Shown here: piece by piece, positions 39,426 through 49,449 of the stretch | Position numbering within the stretch: the first letter of the stretch is position 1 | Layout of the letters: each line of letters begins with the position of its first letter | Source: a virus | Lineage: Duplodnaviria; Heunggongvirae; Uroviricota; Caudoviricetes | Length of the DNA stretch: 64,000 bases | Virus record (IMG/VR): IMGVR_UViG_3300031555_003397 | Direction: 5' to 3' (one strand) | Notes under the pieces: model-generated | Told to the model about the DNA's origin: nothing | Seen by the model: only the letters and a program-made list of their open reading frames with translations | The model's database searches: none | Translations under genes and position numbers: made by a program

Positions 39426-39663
39426 AAATCAATGCGGTTAGGTGGAAGCAACCGCAAACTCCTCTTCGTCTGTCTTTAATTACGCTGTTTTGCCTCAGCA
39501 TCCTTGAAGAACCGGATATCGCCCCTATTCTGTGGCGCGACCGTCGTCATCGTAGATTTTTCCTATTATGGTTTTTAAACCGGTGTTCTAGTCTACGCTC
39601 TCATTCACATTTGGTAGTTTATGCTTTAATGGGCGCCCTCAATACCAAGGAGGACCTCTATGG

Positions 39664-39736
39664 TGGAACCGATGGGACTTGAACCCACAACCTTTTCCTT
39701 GCAAGGGAATTGCGCTCCCAATTGCGCCACGGCCCC
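39664..39736 (-). tRNA. tRNA-Ala(TGC)
   Basis: G3-U70 wobble pair present. Loop CTTGCAA. Confidence 0.65.
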
Positions 39737-40094
39737 ATATATAGTAACCGATTCCGAAGATCCACATCGACTAGCCTTACTCAAAGGTAAAGAGGTTACT
39801 AAATATTGGTAAGAAAAATATAGGTTGAGAATATACCTAGAATTGCTACGGCTTAACACTTTTATGTTTTGAGTGCTTTTCCACTACCTTTTGGGTAGTA
39901 CCGCTCATGCCCGCAATTTGTAGTCACACCACAATGACCACAGGCTTGCTTACGCCTTTAAAGGAACGCTTACTCGATTATCACTCCACTATCAACCTTG
40001 CGGGCTGTTCACGACTGCGACCTCGTTCTAGTTTCGCTTCAATCAAATACAAGATGCTTGTGACACCTTGCATCCCTTATTGCTTACCACTAAG

Positions 40095-40330
40095 GGATTA
40101 GGACACTTTTCATCGTTCCCAATAAGAGATTTTTACTTATAACATCTGTTTTCAACACAGATTGCTCTTCCTATTGAGCTACGGACGCATATAAGAGGCA
40201 AATGTAGCTTTGCCCCGAAGTTTAAGTTTGGGGCGTCCGGTAGGACTCGAACCTACACTAAGTTATGTGACAGCAGACAGACTCTTATCGTAGTTTTCAC
40301 ACCTTTTGAGTGCAAAAATGCTACCCGCCT
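40095..40330 (-). ncRNA. Circularly permuted tRNA-like RNA 3
   Basis: T-arm GTAGG-TTCGAGT-CCTAC, then CGGACGC-C-CCA, a 43-nt loop and GCGTCCG. Then D-arm TAGCTCAATAGGAAGAGC and an anticodon-like hairpin ATCTGT-GTTGAAA-ACAGAT. Confidence 0.4.
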
Positions 40331-40702
40331 GCGTGTGCTTTCCTTTGCTTTCGTACTCACACGGATTCATCCACCATAGCAGATGAACTGGAAGTCGCCC
40401 TTGTTAGCTAAACTCGAACTAACCTTCCTACGGTTTACTGTACCTCAAACCATCCTTTTGCATTGATGCCAGTCGCTTGCGGCAACGAACTTTCTCTGCC
40501 AGTTGGCCCTCGAAAGCTCACTTCACATCATCAAGTTTGAGTTAGGACACGGGGGACGTATCCGAAAAGGTCTTTTCAACCTCAGCCAGTCCCGGCACGT
40601 TTTGCTTGGTTTACCGCTCGTCACGGCGGGGCTTTGTCAGTTTCCCCTTTCCTCTCCCTTACGGGAGTCTATCAGCCAAGCCTGGATAGACAAGCTATCT
40701 GG

Positions 40703-40777
40703 TGATACCACCGGGAATCGAACCCGGACTCTTCAGCTTGAAAGGCTGATGTGTTTACCAGTTTACACCATGGTACC
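40703..40777 (-). tRNA. tRNA-Glu(TTC)
   Basis: Anticodon stem TCAGC/GCTGA, loop CTTTCAA. Confidence 0.65.
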
Positions 40778-41288
40778 ATATAGCAGGATTCTACCTTACC
40801 TGCGCGGTAGCTGTGATTTCAACCGACACAGCCGGCCGCAAGGATTCTCACTAAGGATATTCCTTGTCCCTCCTAAGGTGAGCCAAGATCTTTCGATCAG
40901 CCCAAATCAAAATTCTTTTCTAATCTTTCTACGGCTCCCAAATAAACTTATAGCCGGAATTCTAGCGCTTTTTGGTACTGTTGTATTCGTAATTGGCATT
41001 GACCCATGTCGACGGTTTACCAATCCGAGCCAGGTTCTTCTGGCAGAAAAGAAAAGTTTTTGATGGGATTGCAGATGATATTCGCGACTATCACTTTAAC
41101 GGAACTGCTTATTATTTTTTCGCTTCCGGAGTATTTTATCGTTTGTTACTCAACAAGCACAACACCAACTTTGACCATGCTTCCGTTGCCGAAGCCGACT
41201 GATTTTGCCGTGGATTTTCCTACTGTCGCACGCTCAGTTACGTTTGGTATAGTTTTTAGGGAATTTACTACTACCTTAAACCCAATGG

Positions 41289-41363
<75 letters not shown>

Positions 41364-41640
41364 TTTACATGGGCCTTACGTCAGCCAACGACTTCCTCTT
41401 CAAGTTCCAATCAGAATTACTGATGCTCAGTCCGTCTTTAAATCTCCCGCGGGCTTTGGATAAGGAAACTTTCATTCCATAAGGCTTGATGAAATTGACC
41501 AAATAGGGCAACGCCTCACAATTCCCCTAAGAAACCAAAGACATCCAAATAAGAACCTAACCTGCCATTCCGCCAACTTCTATGTATGAGGTTCAAGAGT
41601 GGTCTATGACTCAGCGTTTCTTATTCTTTTCTAACCTTAT
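41364..41640 (-). ncRNA. Roughly 270-nt noncoding leader between a consensus promoter and tRNA-Asp
   Basis: Promoter at 41640-41690. No ORF. Confidence 0.3.
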
Positions 41641-41690
41641 GTATATATTATAACTCAAAACTTCAAAATTTTCAAACTTTTTCATTTTGA
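41640..41690 (-). promoter_or_regulatory. Conserved promoter copy (leader + tRNA-Asp)
   Basis: Minus strand TTGAAA-17-TATAAT. Confidence 0.5.
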
Positions 41691-41858
41691 AATTTCGGAA
41701 CTGGTTGGCTGACTTGTGCCTCTATTGGTCTCGACCAGTTAGCTGAAACCAGGGAGTTTACCTATAACGTCGCTCCTCCCCTTTAACCACGGAGATTTCT
41801 CGTTCATCTCAAACGCTTCCAATTGCCAGTCAAGCAGGGCGAAGAACCATTCCCATGG

Positions 41859-41943
41859 CGGACCGACCGAGAATCGAACTCAGACTACCCTCTCGAGTAG
41901 GAAGGATTAGCAATCCTTTGGGATACCATTACCCCACCGGTCC
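41859..41943 (-). tRNA. tRNA-Ser(GCT) (type II)
   Basis: Anticodon stem AAGGA/TCCTT, loop TTGCTAA, long variable arm, G73. Confidence 0.65.
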
Positions 41944-41949
41944 AAATGA

Positions 41950-42170
41950 TGTGGGTTTTTCCTTGAAGAGTCTACCAAGCCCACCGTGGCCCATATTCAT
42001 TTATATACCGCTCCTCATGTGCAACTCACATGGCGCCGTCGCGCTGGACTCATGGCCATCCGAGCGGATTCTGGCGGATGGTGAGGGACTCGAACCCCCA
42101 TGTCGGTTCGTTAGCCGACACACAAGTTTTCAAGACTAGGCCGTTATAACCATTTCGGTAACCATCCATC
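41950..42170 (-). ncRNA. Circularly permuted tRNA-like RNA 4 (divergent)
   Basis: T-arm GGGGG-TTCGAGT-CCCTC, then ACCATCCG-CCAGAATCCGCT-CGGATGG as a closed acceptor hairpin with CCA in the loop. Confidence 0.35.
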
Positions 42171-42200
42171 TGGTGGAGCCTTGCGGCCCCACATGAAAAA

Positions 42201-42554
42201 TCAGATTGCTTCGTCTCTACCGCAAATCCAGGCCAGAGTGGCTTCCAGCTCAAACTGGGCACCATTCAGATTTGCTTCAGCATCAGCCTGATACTTCATC
42301 ATCTCAGACAAATGAGCGATTGCTGCATCAACAATAGCCTTAGCTTCATCGACCTTGGAATAGGCTCGCTTTACTCGCTTCTCAGCAATCTTTACACCGC
42401 ATCGAGCAGCAGCCAGAGCGGCGCCCTTCTCGGGGTCAAACTCATCTGCAGGATTGCACTTAGCGACACCGCGTACAGTCTGACCTGCGAAGCTAGAAAC
42501 AGCAATAACCTTGTTGGGGGTTTCATAAATGCGATAGCTAGGATTCTTAATCAT
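42201..42554 (-). CDS. Hypothetical protein
   Basis: Consensus promoter at 42590-42640. Confidence 0.45.
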   Translation of the reverse strand: MIKNPSYRIYETPNKVIAVSSFAGQTVRGVAKCNPADEFDPEKGAALAAARCGVKIAEKRVKRAYSKVDEAKAIVDAAIAHLSEMMKYQADAEANLNGAQFELEATLAWICGRDEAI

Positions 42555-42732
42555 AATTTTCTCCTTTGTTTTGAATGTTTTCCTTAATTGGATATATATA
42601 TTATAAATCGAAATTTATAATTTTTCAAATTTCTAGACGCTTTTTGTTTCTTGCACTACCACTTGTGCTATATTTCAAATTTGATGGCTGAAATAAAAAG
42701 ACTCGAACTTTTAACATAGAAATCTTGAAAAG

Positions 42733-42806
42733 TTGCTGTAAGCGTCTATGGTCCTCCTGGGTAGGATTGAACTACCAACCTCGCGATTATAAGTCGCGGG
42801 CTCTAA
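42733..42806 (-). tRNA. tRNA-Ile(TAT)
   Basis: Anticodon stem CGCGA/TCGCG, loop CTTATAA. Confidence 0.6.
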
Positions 42807-42901
42807 CCTATTGAGCTACAAGAGGATAAAAGGGAGGTTCCGTACTCCCACCTATGCTAATGATAGGACGTCAAGAGCTATATTAAACCTCTTGACACTG
42901 G

Positions 42902-42975
42902 AGGCACTGGCAGGATTTGAACCTGCGTATCGCGATTTTGCAGACCGCTGCCTTACCGGACTTGACGACAGTGCC
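42902..42975 (-). tRNA. tRNA-Cys(GCA)
   Basis: Acceptor GGCACTG/CAGTGCC, loop CTGCAAA. Confidence 0.65.
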
Positions 42976-43160
42976 ATAATCAAGTCTAGACCCATAAGAA
43001 CTGTAACAATAATGGAAGGCTCCAGTGAACGTTGTTTGTTCTCCTTATCGAACACCTTCAACACCAAATAGGCATACAAGTAAAAGTTGTATCAATTTTC
43101 CTCTATCAGAAAAATTTGCTGTAAACGGGTCTATGTTAAGAAAGGAGGGCTTTCGCCCTG

Positions 43161-43233
43161 GTTGCCAGACTTGGACTCGAACCAAGAAAGCCGACTTCAG
43201 AGGACGGTGTTTTAACCAATTAGACTATCCGGC
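43161..43233 (-). tRNA. tRNA-Gln(CTG) candidate
   Basis: Loop CTCTGAA. The anticodon stem has one mismatch. T-arm CTTGG-TTCGAGT-CCAAG. Confidence 0.45.
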
Positions 43234-43303
43234 AATATAAAGAAGGCCGTTTCATATAACAGTAGCGGCTAAACCTACTGCGACAAACGGCCTTGGGCCG
43301 TGG

Positions 43304-43375
43304 CTGGGGATTAGAGATTTGAACTCCAACTTTAGGCTTCAAAGGCCCGATTGCTACCATTACAACAATCCCCAA
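43304..43375 (-). tRNA. tRNA-Gln(TTG)
   Basis: U1-A72, G73, loop CTTTGAA. Confidence 0.55.
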
Positions 43376-43383
43376 TATTGAGG

Positions 43384-43626
43384 TCACAGAACCTCAGGAT
43401 GTTCATGAAAGAACTTGAAGAAATAACCTTCTTCTGCAGGAATAGAACAAAATAGCTCTAAATCATCGCCATTTTCCGCTAACATTGCATCAAGTGCCAT
43501 ATGCTGAGAAAACAAAGACTTTAGATTATACTTATCACCATAAATGGATTCAAGCCATACGTCTCCCTGGCACTTATTGATTGCTTCACGAAAAGCATCA
43601 ATCTCAGTAGTTTTAGTCAGTTTCAT
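43384..43626 (-). CDS. Hypothetical protein
   Basis: ORF. Confidence 0.4.
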   Translation of the reverse strand: MKLTKTTEIDAFREAINKCQGDVWLESIYGDKYNLKSLFSQHMALDAMLAENGDDLELFCSIPAEEGYFFKFFHEHPEVL

Positions 43627-43663
43627 AGAAAACTCCTTTTAAGACATTCTAGGCGCCTTTTCG

Positions 43664-43734
43664 TTCTAAAAAACGGATTCGAACCGTCAATGACAAATTA
43701 CAAGTTTGTTGTTTAACCTTTAAACTATTTCAGA
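43664..43734 (-). tRNA. tRNA-Thr(TGT)
   Basis: D-stem GTTT/AAAC, anticodon stem ACAAA/TTTGT, loop CTTGTAA. CCA not encoded. Confidence 0.55.
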
Positions 43735-43765
43735 AAGAAGTAGAATTGCTGCAAGCGCCTTATGG

Positions 43766-43840
43766 TGCCCCGCCCGAGGATCGAACTCGGAACCCCCACC
43801 TTAAAAGGGTGGTGCTGACTACCAATTGAGCTAGCGGAGC
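43766..43840 (-). tRNA. tRNA-Lys(TTT)
   Basis: Anticodon stem CCACC/GGTGG, loop CTTTTAA. Confidence 0.65.
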
Positions 43841-44160
43841 AAATATTAAGTGGTCTAGATTAGTATAGACCAAACTTATAGTTTTACTAAGCAGGGATTA
43901 CACCCTCTAGAGGTTTTGATTCCGTTCTTCCCCACCTCATCTAAAGACTTATGGAGGCACCTAATCCTCTAACGTAACCAGTAGGTATAAAGGCAACTGG
44001 GGACCTTTAACTAGGATATATGTACACTTACCTAGAGCTTCTTTCCACGCCAGGGCCTTAGTTACGTATAAGGTACGTACGTCTTGATTTCCACATATCG
44101 TCACAAGATTTGGTTATACCCTCAGAATTAACAAAGGAGTCTCAGGTCGTGCTCCTGTGG

Positions 44161-44233
44161 TAGAAGGACCGGGACTTGAACCCAGGTCTGACGATTATCA
44201 GTCGCCTGTACTAACCAGCTGTACTATCCCTCC
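44161..44233 (-). tRNA. tRNA-Ile(GAT)
   Basis: Loop CTGATAA, T-loop TTCAAGT. Confidence 0.6.
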
Positions 44234-45247
44234 ATAAAAGAGTTTAACCTTTATCCACTCTAAAGGTACTCGCATTAAGACTCATCGAGCTTACCTGTTC
44301 TATTTATATACCGCTCCCAGCGTAAACGGTTGTTGCTCCATCCTTTAACTATTCAGACTTCATAGCAACTATTTAACTCAATAAAATCGTACGGACCTTC
44401 GCCCTACCAACTGTTTAACCTTCGCTCATATTCGACCAGTGAGGAGACACGGTCTGAGCCATAGGTAGCGACCCTATGACTTCCGGCCCCAGAAGCCTTC
44501 CAGCTTCCCTGGCACCTCCACGTAGTGACCCACTCAATGTGGGATAAGCGCTTGATGCTTCTAAATCTCACGTAGGAATGATTACCTACAACTTTCACCC
44601 GCCATTCAGAAATATCTTTTGCAATTTGATTCTATTACAAAACTATAATCATCCAAGCATTATTGTTATTTGCGATTGGGCTACTCGTACCACAACCTTG
44701 TCTTATATCCGGATTACTCCGTCATCAACGCAAACTTCCTTATTGGTGTACCTTGGTCTGGAACAGTCACCAACTAATCCCTAACAAGGCTTATTCCCCC
44801 ACAGGGGCGTCTATTGCGGAAGCGACAAGACAGTGTCTTTGAACGCGATTATGTCAGCACACCCCTCCATCCAAGACCTCAGTTCTGAGGCGGAACTCAT
44901 ATCTCACGATACAAGCCCTCTACCTAGTGTTGGCTATCGTCAACACGCTTGCATTTCGGACTCCTGGCGCCCACGGGCAGGATTGGGTTCTCGGCACGAT
45001 GGTATTCGCTCTGCACCGAGTTGTACAAATTTTATCAAGTTGCATGATGATTCAGTCGAAAGCGTCCTCGCCATTCCTATTCGGATGCGGGCATCATCAT
45101 GAGGACTTATAAAACAAAGGCTTAGGTTTCGCTAGGAGAACTATTCCGCACGGAACTCGCTCCTTCCCTATCCGGGAACCACCCTTGAAGCAGCATCTCT
45201 AGGCTTCTTCCTTTGTTATGTTTTAATTACAAGACGCGAAATTTGTG

Positions 45248-45321
45248 TCCTAAAACCGGACTCGAACCGGTGATTGCTCTCTTGGAAGGAAAGTGTTTAA
45301 ACCATCTAAACTATTCAGGAA
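45248..45321 (-). tRNA. tRNA-Gly(TCC) copy 1
   Basis: Loop CTTCCAA, D-stem GTTT/AAAC. Confidence 0.55.
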
Positions 45322-45378
45322 GTTATAATTGCTGTATGCGTCTTTATACCGGATTTCTCCCGGCGAGAAAAAGGCTGG

Positions 45379-45451
45379 AGTGGCTGACGGGATTTGAACC
45401 CGCGACCTTCTGAATGGCAATCAGATGCTCTACCAACTGAGCCACAGCCAC
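45379..45451 (-). tRNA. tRNA-Gly(GCC)
   Basis: Acceptor GTGGCTG/CAGCCAC, loop TTGCCAT. Confidence 0.7.
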
Positions 45452-45588
45452 ATATTGACCCGATGGTCAGTCGGGTCATTGACCTACTTGATTTGCATAT
45501 GCCTAAGCGGGATTCACAAGTTTACCCCTTGGAGGCGATATTCAGAATCGAACTGAAGACGAAAGGTTACAAAGCTCTCGTTTTACCA

Positions 45589-46002
45589 TTAAACTATATC
45601 GCCATTAAAACAAAACAAAATCTTTATACCACTTTTGATTTGATTTTGGAGTTTCGCCATAATAAATTATCATGCTACCCTTCGCCGCCTTATCAATTGG
45701 AACAAAAATAATATGTTCAAATTCTGGATTAACGACAGCAAAATAATCAATTAAACCAATATAATTATGGTTAGTTATTTCATTGTAATTTTTAGAAGTG
45801 CTTCTAGTATTAAATACCCAAGTATCTTGAGAAGTACCCCTATAAGCAGTTTTTACCTAAATTCTAAGCAAATTACCATTGTAATCAACAACAAAATCAT
45901 ATGGTAAATTATTACCTATTGGTTTACAAACTGGTATATCTTTTACCAGACAATGAATAATAAATTTCTATTCAGAAATATCCCCAATTTGAGTTTTATT
46001 CA
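45589..46002 (-). CDS. PD-(D/E)XK-family putative homing endonuclease (paralog 3); 2 in-frame TAG
   Basis: RBS ggagg, then ATG 46002. LLRI*VKT aligns with LLRIQVKT and LYRVQVKS in its paralogs. Stop TAA. Confidence 0.5.
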
Positions 46003-46100
46003 TTATAATAGCCTCCTATGCTATTTATTATAAATGCTCGCTTGGATAGGAGCCATTACTCAATAAGGAGCTACCTCATTGCTACCGAGCAAATATCTGG

Positions 46101-46171
46101 ACCAGTATAAGGGGTTCGAACCCTCACCGACAGAGTGGAAATCTGTAATGCTACCATTACACCAATACTGG
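46101..46171 (-). tRNA. tRNA-Gly(TCC) copy 2
   Basis: Anticodon stem ACAGA/TCTGT, loop TTTCCAC. Confidence 0.5.
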
Positions 46172-46194
46172 ATATTCGGTTGATTTCTCAACCG

Positions 46195-46240
46195 ATTGTA
46201 TAAATATTATATCACGAATTTTCAGAAAAGTCAAAATTCT
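46195..46240 (-). promoter_or_regulatory. Conserved promoter copy (tRNA-Gly copy 2)
   Basis: Same motif. Confidence 0.45.
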
Positions 46241-46541
46241 GAAAATCTTCCTCACTAAACTCAAGTCGCTGAATCTTTTTCAAGTCAGAAATCTTGTAGT
46301 TAATAGAAGGACTGAATCCATGAGCATTCTGTCTGCGCTTACCCTTATTGCGTGTTTTTGCACTACAGAAAGGGCAGGAACAGTGAATTTTATTCTTGGA
46401 GAACTGATGAAGGTTGGGATAATAGTCCCACCCAGGAGATTCGGGATAGACCTCACGAGCGATACGTCTTTTACGAATTGCATGGCGCCAAGCCATTTCA
46501 CGATAATAAGCACTGGTTCTCTTCATCAAATCACTCTCCAA
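46212..46541 (-). CDS. Small basic protein
   Basis: ORF. Confidence 0.4.
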   Translation of the reverse strand: MESDLMKRTSAYYREMAWRHAIRKRRIAREVYPESPGWDYYPNLHQFSKNKIHCSCPFCSAKTRNKGKRRQNAHGFSPSINYKISDLKKIQRLEFSEEDFQNFDFSENS

Positions 46542-46600
46542 TTAAAATGGTACCTCCGGGTGGAATCGAACCACCGACCTGCTGGTTCGTATCAAATTCA
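46541..46600 (-). other. tRNA-like 3-prime fragment (T-arm GGTGG-TTCGATT-CCACC plus CGGAGGT-A-CCA) without a matching 5-prime half
   Basis: Lies between the stop of 46602-47009 and the start of 46212-46541. Confidence 0.3.
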
Positions 46601-46601
46601 C

Positions 46602-47009
46602 TTATTTGCTAAGAACCTCCTTAGCAATATAATCTTTGGCAAAACAAATGTTTTTAATTTGCCCATTTTTTGTTGGGACTAATCTCAAAGATTTTTCTCT
46701 GGACCCACATTCTGCTATAGGAATTAAATAACATTCATCATTAAACCAAGTACAAAAATAATCAATTTCTGACTGATAAGAACGACGATTTGCGCCATCT
46801 CTTGTAATGTGCGAAGAGCAAGTTTCAAAAGAAATTTTTTCTCCATCGCTCTTTGAAGTTTTTACTTGAATTCTTAATAATTTACCCTCATAATCAAGGA
46901 TAAAATCATACCGTGCAGGACTTTCTGGAGTAGAAACCATGTATCCCAACTCTAAAAAATAAGTCTTGCATTTTAACTCTGTTATTGTTCCTCTTAAATT
47001 ACTATCCAT
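46602..47009 (-). CDS. PD-(D/E)XK-family putative homing endonuclease (paralog 2)
   Basis: YDFILDYEGKLLRIQVKTS. Confidence 0.45.
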   Translation of the reverse strand: MDSNLRGTITELKCKTYFLELGYMVSTPESPARYDFILDYEGKLLRIQVKTSKSDGEKISFETCSSHITRDGANRRSYQSEIDYFCTWFNDECYLIPIAECGSREKSLRLVPTKNGQIKNICFAKDYIAKEVLSK

Positions 47010-47043
47010 TAAAATATCTTAACAAATATGTCTCATTCGATAC

Positions 47044-47117
47044 GAACCAAATAGGTCTAATGGTGCCTAAGGTAAGATTTGAACTTACGACCCCTACCTT
47101 ATGAGGGTAGTGCTCTA
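47044..47117 (-). tRNA. tRNA-Met/Ile2(CAT) copy 3
   Basis: Anticodon stem CTACC/GGTAG, loop CTCATAA. Confidence 0.6.
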
Positions 47118-47196
47118 ACCATCTGAGCTACGTAGGCATTTAGAGAGGGTCTTGTGGAATACGCCCCACTCGCTGCGGTGACCCTCAGTACCGTGG

Positions 47197-47269
47197 TCCA
47201 AGTGACAGGTCTCGAACCTGCGGCCTCGTGATCCCAAATCACGCGCTCTACCAGCTGAGCTACACCTGG
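47197..47269 (-). tRNA. tRNA-Pro(TGG)
   Basis: Anticodon stem CGTGA/TCACG, loop TTTGGGA. Confidence 0.65.
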
Positions 47270-47272
47270 ATA

Positions 47273-47425
47273 TCACTCAACTTCCTTGCGCGCCTTATCT
47301 TTCTCGCGTCCGCGATTGTAGACAGCGCCCTTACCTTTTTTGGCTTCAACCTTAGAGCCACGACGTCTAAACTGAAGATACTGCTGAAGCTCTTCGCCGG
47401 TTTTCTTCATATATTCCTTGCCCAT
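47273..47425 (-). CDS. Small basic protein (50 aa)
   Basis: ATG 47425 to TGA 47273. Not in the ORF track. Weak call. Confidence 0.25.
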   Translation of the reverse strand: MGKEYMKKTGEELQQYLQFRRRGSKVEAKKGKGAVYNRGREKDKARKEVE

Positions 47426-47797
47426 TAGAGTTACTCCTTTCAAGGTTTTTATTAACTAGACGGATAAAAAGATACGTTTATAAACCCCAATTATATGTTG
47501 TCTTTAAAGATATAGTTGCTGTGTCCGTCTAAATAAGCCTTACGCTTCATTGTATAAATATTATACTTTAAAATTGAGCAAAAATCAAATTTTTTAACTC
47601 AATGATGTATCAATCTCTACATCTACGCATAAGCGTGACCGCATCATTTGAGTGAAGGAACGACAGAATCCATTAACTGTTGACCACTTTGAAATGATTG
47701 ATACATCATTCAATTAAAAATGGGGTCTTGGTGTGGGTGGGTAGCACCACACATTTCCCAGCCAGCAGGCGTTTTCTTCTTAAACTACAAGACCTGG

Positions 47798-47883
47798 CAC
47801 GGGTGGTTGGGATTCGAACCCACGTGGTGCTTACGCACACGAGTTTTGGAGACTCGCGCCATCGACCGCTAGGCGACACCCGC
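47798..47883 (-). tRNA. Unusual tRNA with Trp anticodon CCA but type-II body (long variable arm, G73)
   Basis: Anticodon stem CGAGT/ACTCG is perfect, loop CTCCAAA. Variable-arm hairpin GTGCGTAAGCAC. Length 86 nt. Confidence 0.5.
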
Positions 47884-47886
47884 ATA

Positions 47887-48630
47887 TTAAATTTTATTCC
47901 ATTCTTCATCAGAATAAAGTTTGATTTCTTTGATTTTTGAGGGCAATTTTTCTGCTATGCACCATTTACGAATTGCATTATCAGATACCCCAAACTTTTT
48001 ACCAATTGTGGTAAAAGGAGTGCTTCTGATAAGATTTTTTAATTCCTCTCGTGAAGGTCTTCTGCTTCGATTTGTTTTATTTACACATTCTACAGAACAA
48101 TATTTATCTTGAGAAGGCTTTAATTTTTTACCACAGCAAAAACAAAACCGTTCTTTTTTACGAAGCGGATAAGTATAATCTTCTTGTATACGTGTTTTTC
48201 CAGTATTTATTTCACTAATTGTATCAATACCAACATTATACCTTTCAGCAATTTTACCTAAAGATATATCAGTATTTATAAGCAAATCATAAATTTCAAC
48301 CAATGATTCTGTAGAAATTTTTACGCAACAATTTGAAGTACCCGCCCCACCAATTGTTTGATTATATCCATTATTGTAACTATCATATAACGCAATATAA
48401 TACTTTTCTAAACTATTTAGTTCGGTATGAGAACATTCCACAAGAACTTCAAAGTCAAAATTATCTATTCCATATTCTCTAATTGCAATATATAATGGAG
48501 CATTATAACTTTGCTCTTTAGCCATTTGACGATGAGCGCGCCATCTGCGAGAAATATCAATAGACTGCCCTATATAACATTGCCCTGTAATTTTATTTGT
48601 AATTTTATAAATTCCAACCATTCTTATCAC
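47887..48630 (-). CDS. GIY-YIG homing endonuclease with C-terminal zinc finger / NUMOD-like region
   Basis: GIYKITNKITGQCYIGQS. Confidence 0.6.
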   Translation of the reverse strand: MIRMVGIYKITNKITGQCYIGQSIDISRRWRAHRQMAKEQSYNAPLYIAIREYGIDNFDFEVLVECSHTELNSLEKYYIALYDSYNNGYNQTIGGAGTSNCCVKISTESLVEIYDLLINTDISLGKIAERYNVGIDTISEINTGKTRIQEDYTYPLRKKERFCFCCGKKLKPSQDKYCSVECVNKTNRSRRPSREELKNLIRSTPFTTIGKKFGVSDNAIRKWCIAEKLPSKIKEIKLYSDEEWNKI

Positions 48631-48706
48631 CTTCTAATTATAAGTAGGGTTTCAATTTATAAAATACATAAAATTGAACCAAGAGTAAAATTTTTGGAAT
48701 ACTATG

Positions 48707-48792
48707 GAGGAAGAAGTGGGATTCGAACCCACGGAACCTTTCAGTTCGCCACCTTTCCAAGATGGTGCCATCGGCCACTCGGCCATTCTTCC
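48707..48792 (-). tRNA. tRNA-Ser(GGA) (type II)
   Basis: Acceptor GGAAGAA/TTCTTCC, loop TTGGAAA, long variable arm. Confidence 0.6.
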
Positions 48793-48797
48793 ATTGG

Positions 48798-48871
48798 GGT
48801 GAAGGACGAGAATCGAACTCGCAACTACTGGAACCACAATCCAGGGTTCTACCTATTGAACTACCGACACC
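48798..48871 (-). tRNA. tRNA-His(GTG)
   Basis: G-1 and C73 present. Loop TTGTGGT. Two mismatches in the acceptor stem. Confidence 0.5.
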
Positions 48872-48919
48872 AGGTGCCCCGCCATTTTTAAGGTCTAACG
48901 GGCTGACCTAAGAAGTAAA

Positions 48920-49231
48920 TCACTTCATTTTGTAATAGTGATACCAAGTACGGTACTCTTCTTTGGGGTCTGGAGGAGCATCATGATGCCAACGTCTATA
49001 ATGGTCACAGTAAAACCAATCATATTGACGTTGCCAATACTCTTCCCAATCACAAAGCCAACCATAATCGCAAATTTCCCAACTTTCAAACAGATGTTTG
49101 AATTGAGAAGGTTTAAGAGTTATTTTGGGATTTCTCTTGAGATACTGACGCACTCTATGGTTAGCCAATCTCTTGAGTTCCTTATCTTTCTTATCTCCGC
49201 AATATGCGTGCTTCTTGTAACTTCTGCTCAT
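48920..49231 (-). CDS. Small basic Trp/Tyr-rich protein
   Basis: ORF. GC-rich terminator hairpin 49261-49365 downstream. Confidence 0.4.
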   Translation of the reverse strand: MSRSYKKHAYCGDKKDKELKRLANHRVRQYLKRNPKITLKPSQFKHLFESWEICDYGWLCDWEEYWQRQYDWFYCDHYRRWHHDAPPDPKEEYRTWYHYYKMK

Positions 49232-49368
49232 TTGTTCTAAACCTCCTATGAGAGAATTTAGAACAGAACCATCCTAAATGCCATTGGAATCACTCTCCCT
49301 TGATTTGGTGTTTACCCCAGGGCCGCTGGCGCTCCTGCCAGCCATGGGAGCTGACCCTGGGATGCTGG

Positions 49369-49442
49369 TGCACAATACAGGATTCGAACCTGTGACCCCT
49401 TGCTTGTAAGGCAAATGCTCTAACCAGCTGAGCTAATCGTGC
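49369..49442 (-). tRNA. tRNA-Val(TAC)
   Basis: Loop CTTACAA, D-stem GCTC/GAGC. Confidence 0.65.
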
Positions 49443-49449
49443 ATAAAAA

